Assembly: GCF_009914755.1 (NCBI RefSeq)
Contig: NC_060932.1
Source of the DNA: the human T2T-CHM13v2.0 reference genome, Homo sapiens
Length of the DNA stretch: 64,000 bases
Reading direction: 5' to 3' (one strand)
Shown here: positions 61,811-64,000 of the stretch, in pieces
Layout: each line of letters starts with the position of its first letter
Position numbering within the stretch: the first letter of the stretch is position 1
Translations under genes and position numbers: made by a program
The notes under the pieces: model-generated
What the model was told of the DNA's origin: nothing
What the model saw: the letters and a program-made list of their open reading frames with translations, nothing else
Database searches by the model: none

Positions 61811-62111
61811 ATTGTTAAAATTTAGGATAGGGAAAAAACTATTTAATGGATGAAGCGAGAACAGCAGGAAGAAAAGGAGGGAAGGTAGTTTTCTAGTACA
61901 AGCATATTGAGAAGAATGGAGGACAAAGTTTGCGAAGAGCCAGGTATAAATAGGCTGGGGCAGGGTGCTAGTAACTGGGCGGGGTGGGGTGGTGGGAAGT
62001 CTCCCGAAATCAGGAGGTGCGTGCCTCTGGCTTGCTGTGTGAACAGACACACTGGGTCCGGTGATTTAAGCTGTAAAATATGTGATTAGACTGCAGGTAG
62101 TCTAAATGTCA

Positions 62112-63759
<1,648 letters not shown>

Positions 63760-63868
63760 TTAAGAAATGGGTCTTCTCGAATTATAAACTTTAACACCAT
63801 TTTGCATCGAAGAACGAGAATATTTAGTGAGTAATGCACCTATGGTTTGCTTCTCTCCACACAAATCT
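63760..63868 (-). CDS. DSCC1: DSCC1 last coding exon (DLCGEKQTIGALLTKYSRSSMQNGVKVYNSRRPIS*)
   Basis: ttcctacag|A acceptor; matches the recalled DSCC1 C-terminus; TAA at 63760-63762; DSCC1 is the known neighbour of TAF2 on 8q24. Confidence 0.9.
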
Positions 63869-64000
63869 CTGTAGGAACAATAAAAAATATATAACATGAA
63901 TATTTTAGGGAACATATTATGATACAGTACTATGTACTTATTTTCTCTCTCTCCCCCTGAATCTGTCTTCTCAACAAGCGTAAGTGTAGGTGTTTGTGGG

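Overview
Human (or very close great-ape) genomic DNA, Alu-rich and AT-rich. The minus strand carries the 5' two-thirds of TAF2 (TFIID subunit 2, TAFII150). I assembled 18 coding exons by hand, from the ATG at 61431 to the exon 18 donor at 6900. They join in frame to 2364 nt (residues 1-788), and the gene continues past position 1. The last coding exon and 3'UTR of DSCC1 (also minus strand) end about 1.1 kb upstream of the TAF2 CpG-island promoter. The introns hold about 43 Alus, several L1 fragments, a full-length THE1 MaLR, solo THE1 and MST LTRs, an ERVL remnant with an LTR33-like LTR, Tigger1 and MER elements. I found no new protein-coding gene; nearly all ORF-track entries are repeat artefacts. 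The most interesting signals are regulatory. Intron 1 has AT-AC termini with a U2-type donor (ATAAGT), while intron 12 is a GT-AG U12 (minor spliceosome) intron. The 5' leader has three uORFs, one overlapping the weak Met1 and stopping just before the better-context Met11. There are also candidate poison exons in intron 3, a DUX4-consensus site in an antisense THE1 LTR, and several templated-insertion and nested-retrotransposition scars. Gene and repeat names come from recall, not database searches, and repeat boundaries are approximate.
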